Shown: positions 46,877 through 59,207 of the stretch, one piece after another | Layout: every line of letters begins with the position of its first letter | Position numbering within the stretch: position 1 is the stretch's first letter | NCBI GenBank assembly: GCA_043228905.1 | Contig: JBHGNT010000002.1 | Location: forward strand, 13,392,001-13,456,000 | DNA length: 64,000 bases | DNA from: Azolla caroliniana | Taxonomy: Eukaryota; Plantae; Polypodiophyta | Direction of reading: 5' to 3' | Made by a program: the position numbers and the translations under genes | The notes under the pieces: generated by a model | The model's input: the letters and a program-made list of their open reading frames with translations, nothing else | Databases searched by the model: none | What the model was told of the DNA's origin: nothing

Positions 46877-47448
46877 TGTTAAGATCGAGACTAGCCACAA
46901 CCGGTTACTCGTACGTATGTGTCACGGACACACCAAGCGCGGACTAGGATGGAACGCAGATGATGGGGCTACAAGCGACGAATGAACTTGGGGCTAGATG
47001 TGACGAGGCTTGGAAGATGTTGTGAGTGACATGACGGCCTGAAGACAAAAATAAAGATCAAGGAGACAAAGATGACGTGAAACGAGAATACTAGATTGAT
47101 GTGTCAATGACTGGTGTTGAATCCCTTGAAAGGGACCAAGGAGGTTACAAGTATTTATACAATTTCTGAGATGGAATATCTCTAGAATATACTCGAGAAA
47201 TATCTCTAGAATATACCCGACAAGTAGATCTTTAGAATATACCTATTTAGAATACACCATAGAATGTTTTTAGAATATACTAAAGACTAGAATATTCTAG
47301 AATGTACTATATGCTAGAATATATAGTACTAAACTATCATATATAAATACATGCTCACATCCAAATGGTTAGACATGATGTCTTGTTGAAGTGAGGTTGT
47401 AGGTTCAATCCTCACCAACTAAGTATTTTATGCCACTGTGACGTGACA
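46877..47448 (-). mobile_element. Gypsy/chromovirus-like 3' LTR (element E)
   Basis: TGTTA...TGACA followed by a minus-strand PPT (plus strand ATCCTCCCCTTT); shares GACTGGTGTTGAA, TTTATA and CTAGAAT motifs with the B LTR. Confidence 0.7.
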
Positions 47449-47514
47449 TTATCCTCCCCTTTACGACTGCCTTTTCGGAAGTGTGGTGTAGGGCTTAGCG
47501 GGAATTGGAGCACC

Positions 47515-48020
47515 GACAGATGTGAGCAACCATGTGCGGTCCTCATCGGAGACACGAACACTGACGGGTGTGAACGACCATGTACGGTCCTCATCGGGAA
47601 CAAGAACGGGAGTGAGTGACCATGTGCAGCCCTTCTCGAGAACCAAAACCCGAATAGAGTGCGCGACCATGCGGCCCTCACCGGGAACTAAAACATGAAC
47701 AGGAGTGAGCGACCATGTGCGGCCCTCACCGGGAAATGGAACACGAACGGGAGTGACCGACCATGTGCGGCCCTCCCCGGGAAATGGAACACGAACGGGA
47801 GTGAGTGACCATGTGCGGCCCTCACTGGGAACTCGAACACGAACGGGAGTGAGCGACCATGCGGTCCTCACCGGGAACTAGAACGGGAACTGGAACACGG
47901 AACGGGCGTGAGCGACCATGTGCGGTCCTCACCAGGAACTGAAACACGAATGGGAGTGCGCGACCATGCGTCCCTCACCGGTAACTGGAACACGAACGGG
48001 AGTGATCGACCATGTGCGGC
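47515..48020. repeat. Tandem repeat, about 11 copies of a 42-48 bp unit
   Basis: Core GAACACGAACGGGAGTGAGCGACCATGTGCGGCCCTCACCGGGAA. Confidence 0.88.
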
Positions 48021-48389
48021 CTGCTACGAAGGCACTACGGCTCTTCTGTGTGCACAACGAATCGTGATGTGCTGGATCGTTTAGTGCTCAAGACAAAAAG
48101 GGAAGGGGAAGGAGACTTACCTCTATGTAGCAAACCAAAAAGCTTCTTCTATTTCATCCCACGTAGAGCTCAACTCGCTCTCGTCTGTTTTCTGTTTTTC
48201 TCCTCTTCTCTACTCTCACTCTTACTCACTTTTCTACTTTTTACGTAAGTACATAAGTGACTTATATATGAAACTAATTACCTATTAGTAGCTAATTAGG
48301 TGTCTACGGCTAAATAGCTGTAAATAGCTAAATAGTTGTTTCACCTTTATGTCCACGAGTAGCTAATTAGCTAATAGCTACTATAGCTT

Positions 48390-51312
48390 ATTTCTCAATA
48401 AGCATCACATACCTTTGTTGTGCTTGCTTCTCAACACTCCCCCTCAAGCTCAACTTATCCTTTCTTGTGATCATCTTCAATCTTCTTTTCTTCATGTTTT
48501 TCAGCTACCATGTTGATGGTTATAACTCCCATCATGTCTCTAAACTATGTATGTTTGTCCATGCTCAATCCCTTGCTGATTTGTACTTCCATACAACAGA
48601 TCCACTTCTCCATCACTCACTTTTTCTCTTGTGGATCTTCTGTCAGTTGTGGCTTCCAACCCAATCAGCATTTGTATATCCTTCTAGCTTTATGTCCAGA
48701 TCAGCCCTGTAAAACAATCCATAATTTTCAGTAGCTTTTACATACCTCAAAATTCTTCTCATGCAGTCCAAATGTGGCTTTGTTGGACATTGCATAAACT
48801 GGCTAACTAATCCAATAGCATAACTCAAATGAGGTCTTGTTATGGTCAAATATATGAGACTGCCCACCATAGACCTGTACATGTTTACGTTTTCTATTTT
48901 GGCTCCCAAATCAGCCCTCAATTTGTAGTTCTTATCTAGTGGTACACCAATAGGTTTGCATCCAAGCATACCATACTTCTTCAACATAGTTGTTGCATAC
49001 TGTTTTTTGCAACATATATATACCGCTTTTAGATCTGATCATCTCAATGCCAAGAAAGTATCTAAGCTCTCCCAAATCCTTCATATAAAATTGCATTTCA
49101 AGATTTTTTTCCAACTTCCTTATTTCATCCATAGAATCACCTCCAATGATTAAATCATCAACATAAATCAGGATAACAACAATGCAATCATTTATCTTTC
49201 TTACATACAATGATGGATCAAACTTTGACATTTTGAAAGCAAATTTTTTCAGAGATTCTGAAAGTTCTTTATGCCATGCCCTTGGTGCTTGTTTTAGTCC
49301 ATAAAGAGCCTTTTTCAGCCTACATACATATTCTAGATGCTTCTTATCTTCAAAATCTGGTGGTTGACACATATACACTTCTTCTTCTAAGTTACCATGT
49401 AAAAAAACATTTTTTACATCTATATGGTGCAGAACCCATCTTTTGGCTGCACTCATAGAAAGTAGTGTTCTCATGGTTGCCATTTTTGCAATCGGTGCAA
49501 ATGTTTCATCATAATCAATACCTTGCATCTGGGCATATCCTTTGCGACAAGTATTGTTTTATGTCTGTTAACATTTCCATTGGAATCATGTTTTGTCTTG
49601 TAGACCCATTTGCAGCCTACAACATTTCTTTCTTTCGTTAACTTTACCAAATCCCATGTTCTGTTTTTCAGCCAATGCATCTATTTCTTCTTGCATTGCA
49701 TTCACCCATTTCTTATCAAAATTTTGCTTCATCAAAACTATTTGGATCAAGGATTTGTACCACTTTAGACATATCTGCATAATGCATAGCCATATATGTG
49801 TCATAGCCAAATCTTTCAACAGTCTTTTTCTCTCTATCTGATCTTCTCAGTTTCTAAATTGCATCCTTCATTGCTTTTTCCATACCAGAGATTTTCAAGG
49901 CTCGTATAACAAGCTAATCATCCAATGATGTATCTAAATCTACATCTTCCATGTTTCTAGATCCATCATCAAGCATTTCATATTCTGGCATCTTCGGTTT
50001 TCCCTTTTTATCATCATATTTTTTGTGTCTTGCATTTTTTCCACTACATGCATTAGATTCAGATTTACTACTTGAGCTTCCAGATGTACATTCCATTGAT
50101 GTGGAACTTTGTTGTCCAACATTGTTTCCATCTCCATGGCAATCTCTTCCATTTTCAGATTTTTCTCTGTCTTCATTTTCACAGTCTTCATCAGTTTCTA
50201 CATTCTGTTTTGGGTTGTACCAACTGCCCAACTCATCAAATATTACATCACGGCTTACCACAATCTTTTTTGTCACGGGGTTATAGCATCTATACCCTTT
50301 TTGCTACTCTTAATATCCAACAAAAACACATTTTTCAGCTTTTGGATCAAACTTACTTCTCACTTCAGCAGGTACATGAACATAAGCAAGGAATCCAAAC
50401 ACTTTTAAGTGTCCTAAAATAGGTTTCCTGCCATAGAAACATTCTTTAGGAGTTACTTCATGCACTCTAGATGTTATACATCTATTTAGAATATAATTTG
50501 TTGTGTTTACAACTTCTGCCCAATAATACAATGGCATATTTTTTTCTGTCATTAAAGCCCTTGCTATGTTCCCCAAGGTTCTATTTTTTCTCTTAGCAAC
50601 TCCATTTTGTTGTGGAGTATATCTACATGTGAACTGTCTCCTTATTCCTTGATTACATAGAAAATCAGATAATTCATTTGAGAAGTACTCTCCTCCTCCA
50701 TCAGATCTTAAGCATATTATTCTAGTTCTAGCCTGCTTTTCCACCATACATTTAAATTTACGGAAGTAATCAAATACTTCACTTTTTTCTTTCATGAAAT
50801 AAACCCATGTTTTCCTTGAGCAATTATCAATAAATGTTACATAAAACTTACATCCACTAATTGATGCATTTTTTGTTGGTCCCCATACATCTGTATGTAT
50901 CAAATCCAACAAATTTTTGCTTACTTGTCTTTCATGAGGGAAAGGCAACCTGTTTTGCTTTCCATATTGACATGCTTCACATATTTTGCTCATCTCACAA
51001 TCTTTCAACATAGGCAGTCCAACCACTGCATTTTTCCTCAACATATTTTTCAAGGTTTGCATACTTATGTGACCGATTCTTTTATGCCACATTTCCACAT
51101 CTGAGATTACACTCATTCCGTCTGCAAACATGGTTGTAATCTTTTTAGGCATATCCACATCTAACACAAACATCCTTCCTTGTCGTTTTCCTTTTGCAAT
51201 AAGCTTTCCGTGTTTCTCTATAAAGCATCCACTTTGCTTAAACTTAACTTACATTCCTTGCTCCACTATATGTCCAACAGAAATCAGATTTTTTGCAAGG
51301 TTTGGCACATGG
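48390..51312 (-). mobile_element. Old AT-rich Ty1/Copia fragment C5 (pre-integrase, INT, RT, truncated RH, PPT, LTR stub)
   Basis: WHKRIGH, HTDVWGP, LRSDGGGEY, IYVDDL; PPT at 48437-48446 and a TGTTGAG LTR start on the minus strand. Confidence 0.85.
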
Positions 51313-51650
51313 GTGAAAGCATGCGAGTGGAAACAATTAGCTATGTCCTTGACATAGCTAATTAGCTATGCAAAAAGCTACCATTGATAAATAGTCATTT
51401 TAGTAAAAAGCCATCATTAATAAATTAACTATGCAAAAAACTACCATTGAAAATACTAGAGTGTTTTAATTACATATGTAAATGAGTGCCATAAATGTGC
51501 AACATAAATTGATATGTGTACCATAAATTATATATCGAATTCTTAGGTCCATTATGCATGATCCTTTGCCACATCACGTAGGCCATCTCTAGTTGAGTAT
51601 TGTGGGTTAGTTGCTACCACTGTTGCTAAACCCTATCGAGTCCACCTGCC

Positions 51651-52140
51651 GCCACTCTACACTCAGGGGCCGCTATTGTGCGTTCCAAGCATCATCAAAG
51701 AGTTGCTCAATCTGACGGGGTTCTCTTCTCTGTGACACTCTACAATCAGGGACCGCTACTGTGCGTTCCAAGCATCATCAAAGAGTTGTTCAATCTGACG
51801 GGGTTCTCTTCTCTATGCCACTCTACACTCAGGGGCCGCTACTGTGCGTTCCAAGCATCATCAAAGAGTTGTTCAATCTGACGGGGTTCTCTTCTCTGTG
51901 CCACTCTACACTCAGGGGCCGCTACTGTGCGTTCCAAGCATCATCAAAGAGTTGTTCAATCTGACGGGGTTCTCTTCTCTGTGCCACTCTACACTCAGGG
52001 GCTGCTACGGTGCGTTCCAAGCATCATCAAAGAGCTGTTCAATCTGATGGGGTTCTCTTCTCTGTGCCACTCTACACTCAAGGGCTGCTACTGTGCGTTC
52101 CAAGCATCATCGGTAACTGTTCAATCTGACGGGGTTCTCT
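51651..52140. repeat. 83-bp tandem repeat, about 6 copies, with a degenerate tail
   Basis: Unit GCCACTCTACACTCAGGGGCCGCTACTGTGCGTTCCAAGCATCATC...; ORF track offsets are exactly 83. Confidence 0.92.
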
Positions 52141-52473
52141 CCTCCATTGCCATCATTCTACACTCAATTGCCGATACTGTCTAGTCCTGGATTGCTTTCA
52201 CATTTCGATTTGACGGAGTTCACTCATCCAACGGCAACATTCTACACTCAGTTGTCGCCATTGGTCGGTCTTGGATCGCCTCCTCAACTGTTCGATCCAA
52301 TGGAGTGAACTCCTCTACTGTTCGGTCTTGGATTGCAATAACTTTTCTGTCTATTGATTATCTTGTGTATTGTTGTGTCCAATCTTGTGTATTGTGGAAT
52401 ATTTTTGTGTATTGTTGTTGCCCATAGCCATCTTAAATACTTGTTTTTTTTTCTGGAAATTTAGGGTTTTAAT

Positions 52474-55400
52474 ATGTCTAGCCAAATGGAAGGGGAAGAA
52501 GGGTGTTTAGAATTACCCCTCAATGATCATAAGGATAGGGATGATGCTATCAGGACACAACAAGCCATACGAAACTATTGGGCAAAAAGAAAAAGGAAAC
52601 ATCGTCAATTGTTGAAGGATACGAAAGCCACACTCAGTAAAGGTAAGGATAGTAAGTAATGCGACTACCATCATAGAGAGAAAGGTTGTAGACTATTTCA
52701 ATGTTCAAACCAAGCACATCAGCAATGAAGAAAAGAAGGTAGTAGTTTATGGAATATGTAATGATCCATCGATAAAGGACTTAGTTGATTGTGATGGTCT
52801 TAATGCAAACATATCATCTATTTTAGTAAATAATCTTCGTAATAGTTTCGTATCCATGAGCAGGTCAGAAGATGATCTTGTCTTAAAAAGGTCTAGTCTA
52901 ATGATGTTACTTAATAGTGATGTTGACGATATAAACATTAGTGAGCTATCTAAGGTAATTGGTGTTAGTAGAAAAACAGTGTACAATACAATGAACCGTA
53001 TAATTTCCTCGGGTGAAGGAACTAGTCTACTAAAGCTAACTACAAGATGTAAGCCAATGACACCCATAACATTTGAAATCAAGGATGTAATCACAATGTT
53101 TTGGACTAATGAGAGTAGGGTTTCACCCAATAAAAAGGATTTATGCAGGAAACATGTTGGAAGAAATCAATACGAGGAGCATCCCATTCATCTTCTTGAT
53201 GTACCTCAGGTATTTACATTTATCTCAACATTTGTTTTGACTCTACACGGAAAGTTAACTAGCTCAGTTAGTAGAAAAGCTAATTAGCTTATCAGTTACA
53301 TTTACCTCAGTTAGCTACTAGGATAGCTACTACATAGGTAACTGGCTATTCTCAATAGCTACTACCATGATAGCTAATTAGCTATTCTCAATAGCTAATT
53401 TAGGTACTACCAGATAATTAGTTGTCCTGGTAGCTAGTTAGCTATTTCGTTATTACCAGCTAATTAGCTACTAGGAAAGCTAATTAGCTACCATGATAGC
53501 TAATTACCTTACTAAGACAGCTAATTAGCCACCATGATAGCTAATTAGCTACTAGACAAGCTAATTAGCTACCATGATAGCTAATTAGTTACTAGGAAAG
53601 CTAATAAGCTACCATGATAGCTAATTAGCTACTAGGAAAGCTAATTAGCTAATTAGTTACTAGGAAAGCTAATTAGCTACCATGATAGCTAATTAGCTAC
53701 TAGGACAGCTAATTAGCCACCATGATAGCTAATTAGCTACCATGAGAGCTAATTAGCTACTAGACCAGCTAATTAGCTACCATGATAGCTAATTAGTTAT
53801 TAGGAAAGCTAATTAGCTACCATGATAGCTAATTAGCTACTAGGACAACTAATTAGCCACCATGATAGCTAATTAGCTACCTTGATAGCTAATTAGCTAC
53901 TAGACCAACTAATTAGCTACCACGATAGCTAATTAGCTACTAGAATAGCTAATTAGCTACCATGATAGCTAATTAGCTACTAGGACAGCTAATTAGCTAC
54001 CATGATAGCTAATAAGCTACTAGAATAGCTAATTAGCTACTAGGATAGTTAGCTAATTACGAGAATAACTAATTCCCCTTTATTACGCAGGTCGATTTAT
54101 TTATTAGGTTCAAACGAATACATCCAACTATCAAAGTTCAACTACGAACATTTGATTCTCTTAAGCCACACTTTGTGAGACGCTTAAAGGATCGATACAC
54201 ATGTTTTCTGAAGGACTCTGTTAATCTACTACGTCACCATAGTGCATCCCTAACTAATACAGTTTGCACATGTGGGTGCCCAATCTGTCGATCAAGCCCG
54301 CAAGAGGAGTGTAAATCATCTGAGCACGTTATCTCTTCCATGAGTTATTTATTAGATTCAATATTGTGTCCGAGAGAAACTGACATTATCTTCCATATTC
54401 ATAAATGTGTCATGGGTTTATGTCAAGATTGTGGCCCTACTAGATTTAGGTGGTGTCCAAATGAATTGAGTAGTGAAATATTGATCTTTGTGAAGTTCTT
54501 TGAGTCAGTGAACACCAATTTTGAAGGAAAGGTGTGTAAAAGAAAGGATCTAGTTTGGAAGATGCTTAAACCAAGGGATTTTGTGTCTCTGTTTGTAGTA
54601 TCTCTAGGAAAGTTCATTAAACACAACTTCATTTATTCATGGCAGGCCCATCAGTTTAAGACTTGCATATCTGATTTCCCAAATGATGTAATAGTCTCAG
54701 TAGTAGATTTTGCAGAGAATTATACTTTCAAGCAGCATAATGAAATTCAATCTATGCATTGGTGTTCAATTCAGGTAACCATTTTTGTGCAGATAACATA
54801 TGTTCGAGTTTCAGGTGATGTTAAAAAAGTAATTCATTTCTTTATTTCCAATGATAAGAAGCATGATACCTTGTTCGTCCAACACTGTTTTAAGTTACAT
54901 TGGCAGTGGTTATTAGCTCAACGTTTGGAGCTTACTCAACATTGGGTCTGGTCTGACGGAGCTGCGTCACAATTCAAGGTTCGACGTCCATTTTATTTTG
55001 TGGGGAGGTATCCTGCTATAACAGGTTTGGAGATGAGATGGAAATTTTTTGGGTCTGGCCATGGTAAAGGTGAACATGATGGTGCAGGGGCTGTTATAAA
55101 GCGGGCACTTACCCATGAACAACTAAAGACAGATGGTGTGCACATGAATTGTGCATCACATGTAGTTGAATTTTTAAGAACAAATATGTCAACGAGTGCA
55201 ACAGGTGTTTATTCCTCGCAAGTCCGAGATATCAAACGTGAATTTTGGGAAGTGAAGATAGATGAAGTAAATAGGGAGAAGACCTGGGAGTGCCAAGGAA
55301 TTCCCGAATTGCGATCTCTGCATGTTGTTCGCAGTTATTCCAGGTTGGATGGTCATTGTATTGCGGTTAGAGAATTGACTTGTTTTTGCTTCCATTGTGT

Positions 55401-55905
55401 GCAGGGAAATTGGAGATATTGTCTAAACAAAGCATACATTCAGAATTGGGAGTATCACACTCTGAATGATAAGGAAGCAGTTGATGGAGAAACAGGGCAG
55501 AATGCTGACTTCACATATGAGGGACTTGGAGATACTTTGAGTGATGTCCTGAACGTTGGGGATAACTTCGCTGTAAATGCTGAAGAAGGCAATTCAGAGG
55601 GTGTTAATTTCTATATATTGAAGTGCACGGTTAGTAAACAGTGTGCAAGGTAGAATATTGTAGATGCATGGGGAAATTTTGTATCTGCCGGGACATTCTA
55701 CATCGAAGGCATTTTTTATGCAAAACTAGATGACTACGAATATGTGTACAGGCTGTTAGAAGACAAACCAGCGGTGTACATGTACTCTCATTTGGCTAGG
55801 TGCATCAACGTCCCAATTTCAGAATACAATAGCTACTCAGGTTTATACACTGTTGGTGCTAATGTGTATGAATGTATTTACAATAGTATGCCATGGAATT
55901 TGTAG
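52474..55905 (+). pseudogene. Spliced DDE/D-type DNA transposase-like gene (possibly Sola-related): exon 1 52474-53209, exon 2 54091-55905
   Basis: HTH-like ISELSKVIGVSRKTVYN; phase-0 CAG|GTATTT and GCAG|GTC junctions keep the frame; VDFAENY, WSDGAASQFK and GHGKGEHDGAGAVIKR motifs plus Cys clusters; one frameshift (about 52640) and one TAG (55651-55653). Confidence 0.72.
53270..54060. repeat. Intronic 20-bp-period array of the palindrome TAGCTAATTAGCTA
   Basis: Roughly 30 units with alternating CCATGA / CTAGGA-type linkers. Confidence 0.92.
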
Positions 55906-56253
55906 CTACAAGTAGCAATTACCATGTTCTCTTTTAAAACAAACATGTATTTCGCGAAAACAGTTAAATAAATTCATTTGAGAATCAATTTCTTGTATAC
56001 AGTCTGCTTTCTGTGCTTCTTTCTCAATAAAATCATGTCTTTTTTGTTAAGTTTTAAGTTATAAGTTATAGAGAAATAGTCATCAGTAGCTAATTAGTTG
56101 TACAAATGCAGCTAATTAGCTGTCAATAGCTAAATAGTCATCAATAGCATGAAATCAACAATCTGCAACATATTCCTCAAATTACATAGTAGATAAGTAC
56201 AGTGGGAACAAGTAATTAAATTCTTCATTGAATAATGTCATCTCTTTACATAT

Positions 56254-58045
56254 TTATAAATTACCATTGGAAATGTCTACAAATCTCCTATAAACAGCTA
56301 AGCTCTTGATAGTCAGTGGAACGAGTCTACATATATTATCTGCATATCGATCTCGGTATGGAGTCCACAACCATGCACCTAGTTGGCAGCTCACTGTTTG
56401 CACCAGGTACTGTTCAGGCATTTCCTCGGGTAGAATGAGACAGCATCTCCGAATATTGAAGTAGTGCCGGAAATGTTCTGTATCCAAAATCAATGTATTG
56501 TCAACATTATATTCAGGCCAAGTAGCCCAAAAATCAGAAAGTCTCTTGAATCTTGCAGCTTCCATTTGCTCACAATTTTCTTGTGCCAATTGACCTTTAA
56601 AACGACTTCGTCATTTTGGGAAGAATCTTGCTATAAACACTTCCACACATGTGATTTTGGTTTTTCACTCCAAATAAACAAATCAAAGTATTGCACAGCC
56701 CACTCTAGAAACTTATTCGCGTCCCTCCTTGGCTGCATATATCTCACACTCATCAAGACTTTATCAAGCTCCAAGATCAAGGCTCTTCTTTCAACTTCTG
56801 GTGGTTTAGGTTTCCATTCTTGAAACTGAGCCGCTATTAAACCATTTTCTGGTAGGACACGATCAATGTCAATAAGCTCAGGTTTGGCCGACACAATTGA
56901 CGTCCTTTTCATCTTCAAACCCCTAGTCGACTGTGTTGGGCTTGGCTTCACATTCTGGTGCTCTTGTTTTGTCGACTTAGTTATCAATCCTTGGATTACC
57001 TCGGTGCATGTAGCTACTGATCTGCTCGATATCAGTCCATTGGTATCACATGTTGCATCTACCTGCAACACCAAGTCATCCGTGCAATATGCTGCATCTA
57101 CCTGCAACACCAAGTCATCTGTGCAACATGCTTGATCAACTTGTGTAACTAGATCACTTGTGTCAGTTGCTACATCTACTTTCAAGATGGGGCCCTTTAA
57201 ACATGCCGCAACATCAACAGTATCCACACTGCCATTGGCCTTACGAGCAATAGAATCAAACCCTTTAGACTCTGCAACATCAGAAAACACCAACATATTC
57301 ACACTCACAAAGTAACTAACAGTCTCACAAAACAACATCCTGAACATCAAAGAGTTTTAGTCATAGAACAACACTCTTCAAATTATCTTGGAAAAACATC
57401 ATAGAGTTCCATTACATAATGTGGATCAAGCAACAACCAATCTGAGGTTTTACTTGTCCAACAAGATAGTAAAACTTCATAAAACCCTAGCAAAATCCCT
57501 AAGCTAACAATCATATCCAACTAAACAGTATCAGTATTTCGCTCCACTACGTCTGGGCCCCTTGACCGAGTAATTGGTCTTGTTCCCGATCGTGGCCCCT
57601 TCTTCAGCCTTTTTCTGGTCGGTTGCCCATTTAGCCTTGCTTCTTTCACCCAATGAGCAAGTGTGTCCTCCTCCGACAACCTTCCCATCGCCTCAGCAGC
57701 TAATTGCACATCAACCGTTTCTTGAACTAGCTTTTCAAGTACAGAGGGATTTGTTTGGACATTTTCAGTAGTTGGGCTCGGTGGGGTGGAATCAAGGTCT
57801 TGAGATTCGAAGAAATGTTGCATCAAGTGTTCATAAACATTGTTGTTGTGAACCTCAGTTTTACATGTTGTTTCCACTATTTCATGGCATTTCACATCGT
57901 TGCCTAATTCAGTACACTGTTCCAAAAGAATAGGGTGGAGTTGATCCGAAGGAGATGTGATAGCAGGACTCTTACTTTCAGCCACGTTGGCAGCAGTATC
58001 CTCATCTGTTGCAGCGTCATCAGCACCAGACACATCATGTGTCAT
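56254..58045 (-). pseudogene. FCP1/NIF-like HAD phosphatase-domain gene, degenerate, with an acidic low-complexity N-terminus
   Basis: LILELDKVL..PRRDANKFLEW..FDLFIWS..QENC..FKRLSDFW..NTLILD follows the NIF domain pattern; frameshift and stop near 56600-56635; probable upstream exon at 57521-58045. Confidence 0.6.
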
Positions 58046-58084
58046 CCTTAATCCACAAGATTCTACAATAACAGGGCAGCTATT

Positions 58085-58372
58085 TAGGATAGTTAATTAG
58101 CTACTTTACTAAACTATGGTAGAAGCTAGGATAGCTAATTAGCTAGTACGATAGCTAATTAGCTACTTTACTCAACTATGGTAGTAGCTAGGATAGCTAA
58201 TTAGCTACTTTACTCAACTATGGTAGTAGCTAGGATAGCTAATTAGCTACTTTACTAACTATGGTAGTGGCTAGGATAGCTAATTAGCTACTTTACTCAA
58301 CTATGGTAGTCGCTAGGATAGCTAATTAGCTACTTTACTCAACTATGGTAGTAGCTAGGATAGCTAATTAGC
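58085..58372. repeat. 42-bp tandem repeat containing TAGCTAATTAGCTA, about 6-7 copies, cut by C6
   Basis: Unit AGCTAATTAGCTACTTTACTCAACTATGGTAGTAGCTAGGAT. Confidence 0.9.
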
Positions 58373-58439
58373 TATTGGGAGACAGGTCCCTCCGGATGGG
58401 AAGGGAGAAGAACACTGCCGAGGCCGATAGGTCGAGGCC

Positions 58440-58715
58440 GAAACCGTATGAGGAGGACCCGGCTACGGAGAGCCGGATGGTGCAAACCCGGTATGAACCG
58501 GATGAGGAGTACCCAGCTACGGAGAGCCGGATGATACAGACCCGGTGTGAACCGGATGAGGAGTACCCGGCTATGGAGAGCCGGATGGTGCAGACCCGGT
58601 GAGAACCGGATGAGGAGTACCTGGCTACGGAGAGCCGGATGGTGCAGGCCCGGTGAGAACCGGATGAGGAGCACCCGGCTACGGAGAGCCGGATGACGCA
58701 GACTCGGTGAGAACC
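58440..58715 (+). repeat. 54-bp tandem repeat (5 copies) in the C6 LTR U3; also at about 63416-63690
   Basis: Unit GATGAGGAGTACCCGGCTACGGAGAGCCGGATGGTGCAGACCCGGTGAGAACCG. Confidence 0.9.
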
Positions 58716-59207
58716 GGAGGTAGAGACATATTCGTAAATATGTTTCTGAGAGCCCATCGAGGCTATATTTGTAAATAGCTGAAAATTCATATCAGTATAA
58801 ATATGACTTAGGGCAAACATGTGTATGTGTAGTTGTTCATTTTCTTGTTGGTGCAAGAAAAGAGAGTGTGTGTAACTGTACAGAGAGAGAGAGACAGAGA
58901 AAGAGGTCGTTGCCTCTGTTGTAACCGCCGCCTGTAGCGAAGATCTCTGAGCACGAGGTCGGTGCCTCAGTGAACTCACGGTTGTATATTCTTACATAGT
59001 GACAGTTTGCAGCCTGTGGGCTGCCGTGGTTTTTTCCCTTAGTTTGGGGTTTTCCACGTAAACCTCCTGTGTATTTCCCTCTTCTTCTTGTCGTGTTTTA
59101 TTTCCCGTTTTCTGTGTATGATCCTAAGCTCGGTTGTGGCCGAGCGTTGTGTATAAGGAGCGTTTGAGTTCCTGTCAAGTGGTATCAGAGCGACATCGAC
59201 ACAGAAA

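Noticed and set aside
51678-52184. Four near-identical small ORFs
   Set aside because: Artefact of the 83-bp tandem repeat.
53270-54060. CRISPR-like array (palindromic repeat with variable linkers)
   Set aside because: Linkers are only about 6 nt and recur, there are no cas genes, and the context is a eukaryotic intron.
58368-58979. Repeat-containing minus-strand ORFs (also 63190..63954)
   Set aside because: Translations of the 54-bp LTR array.
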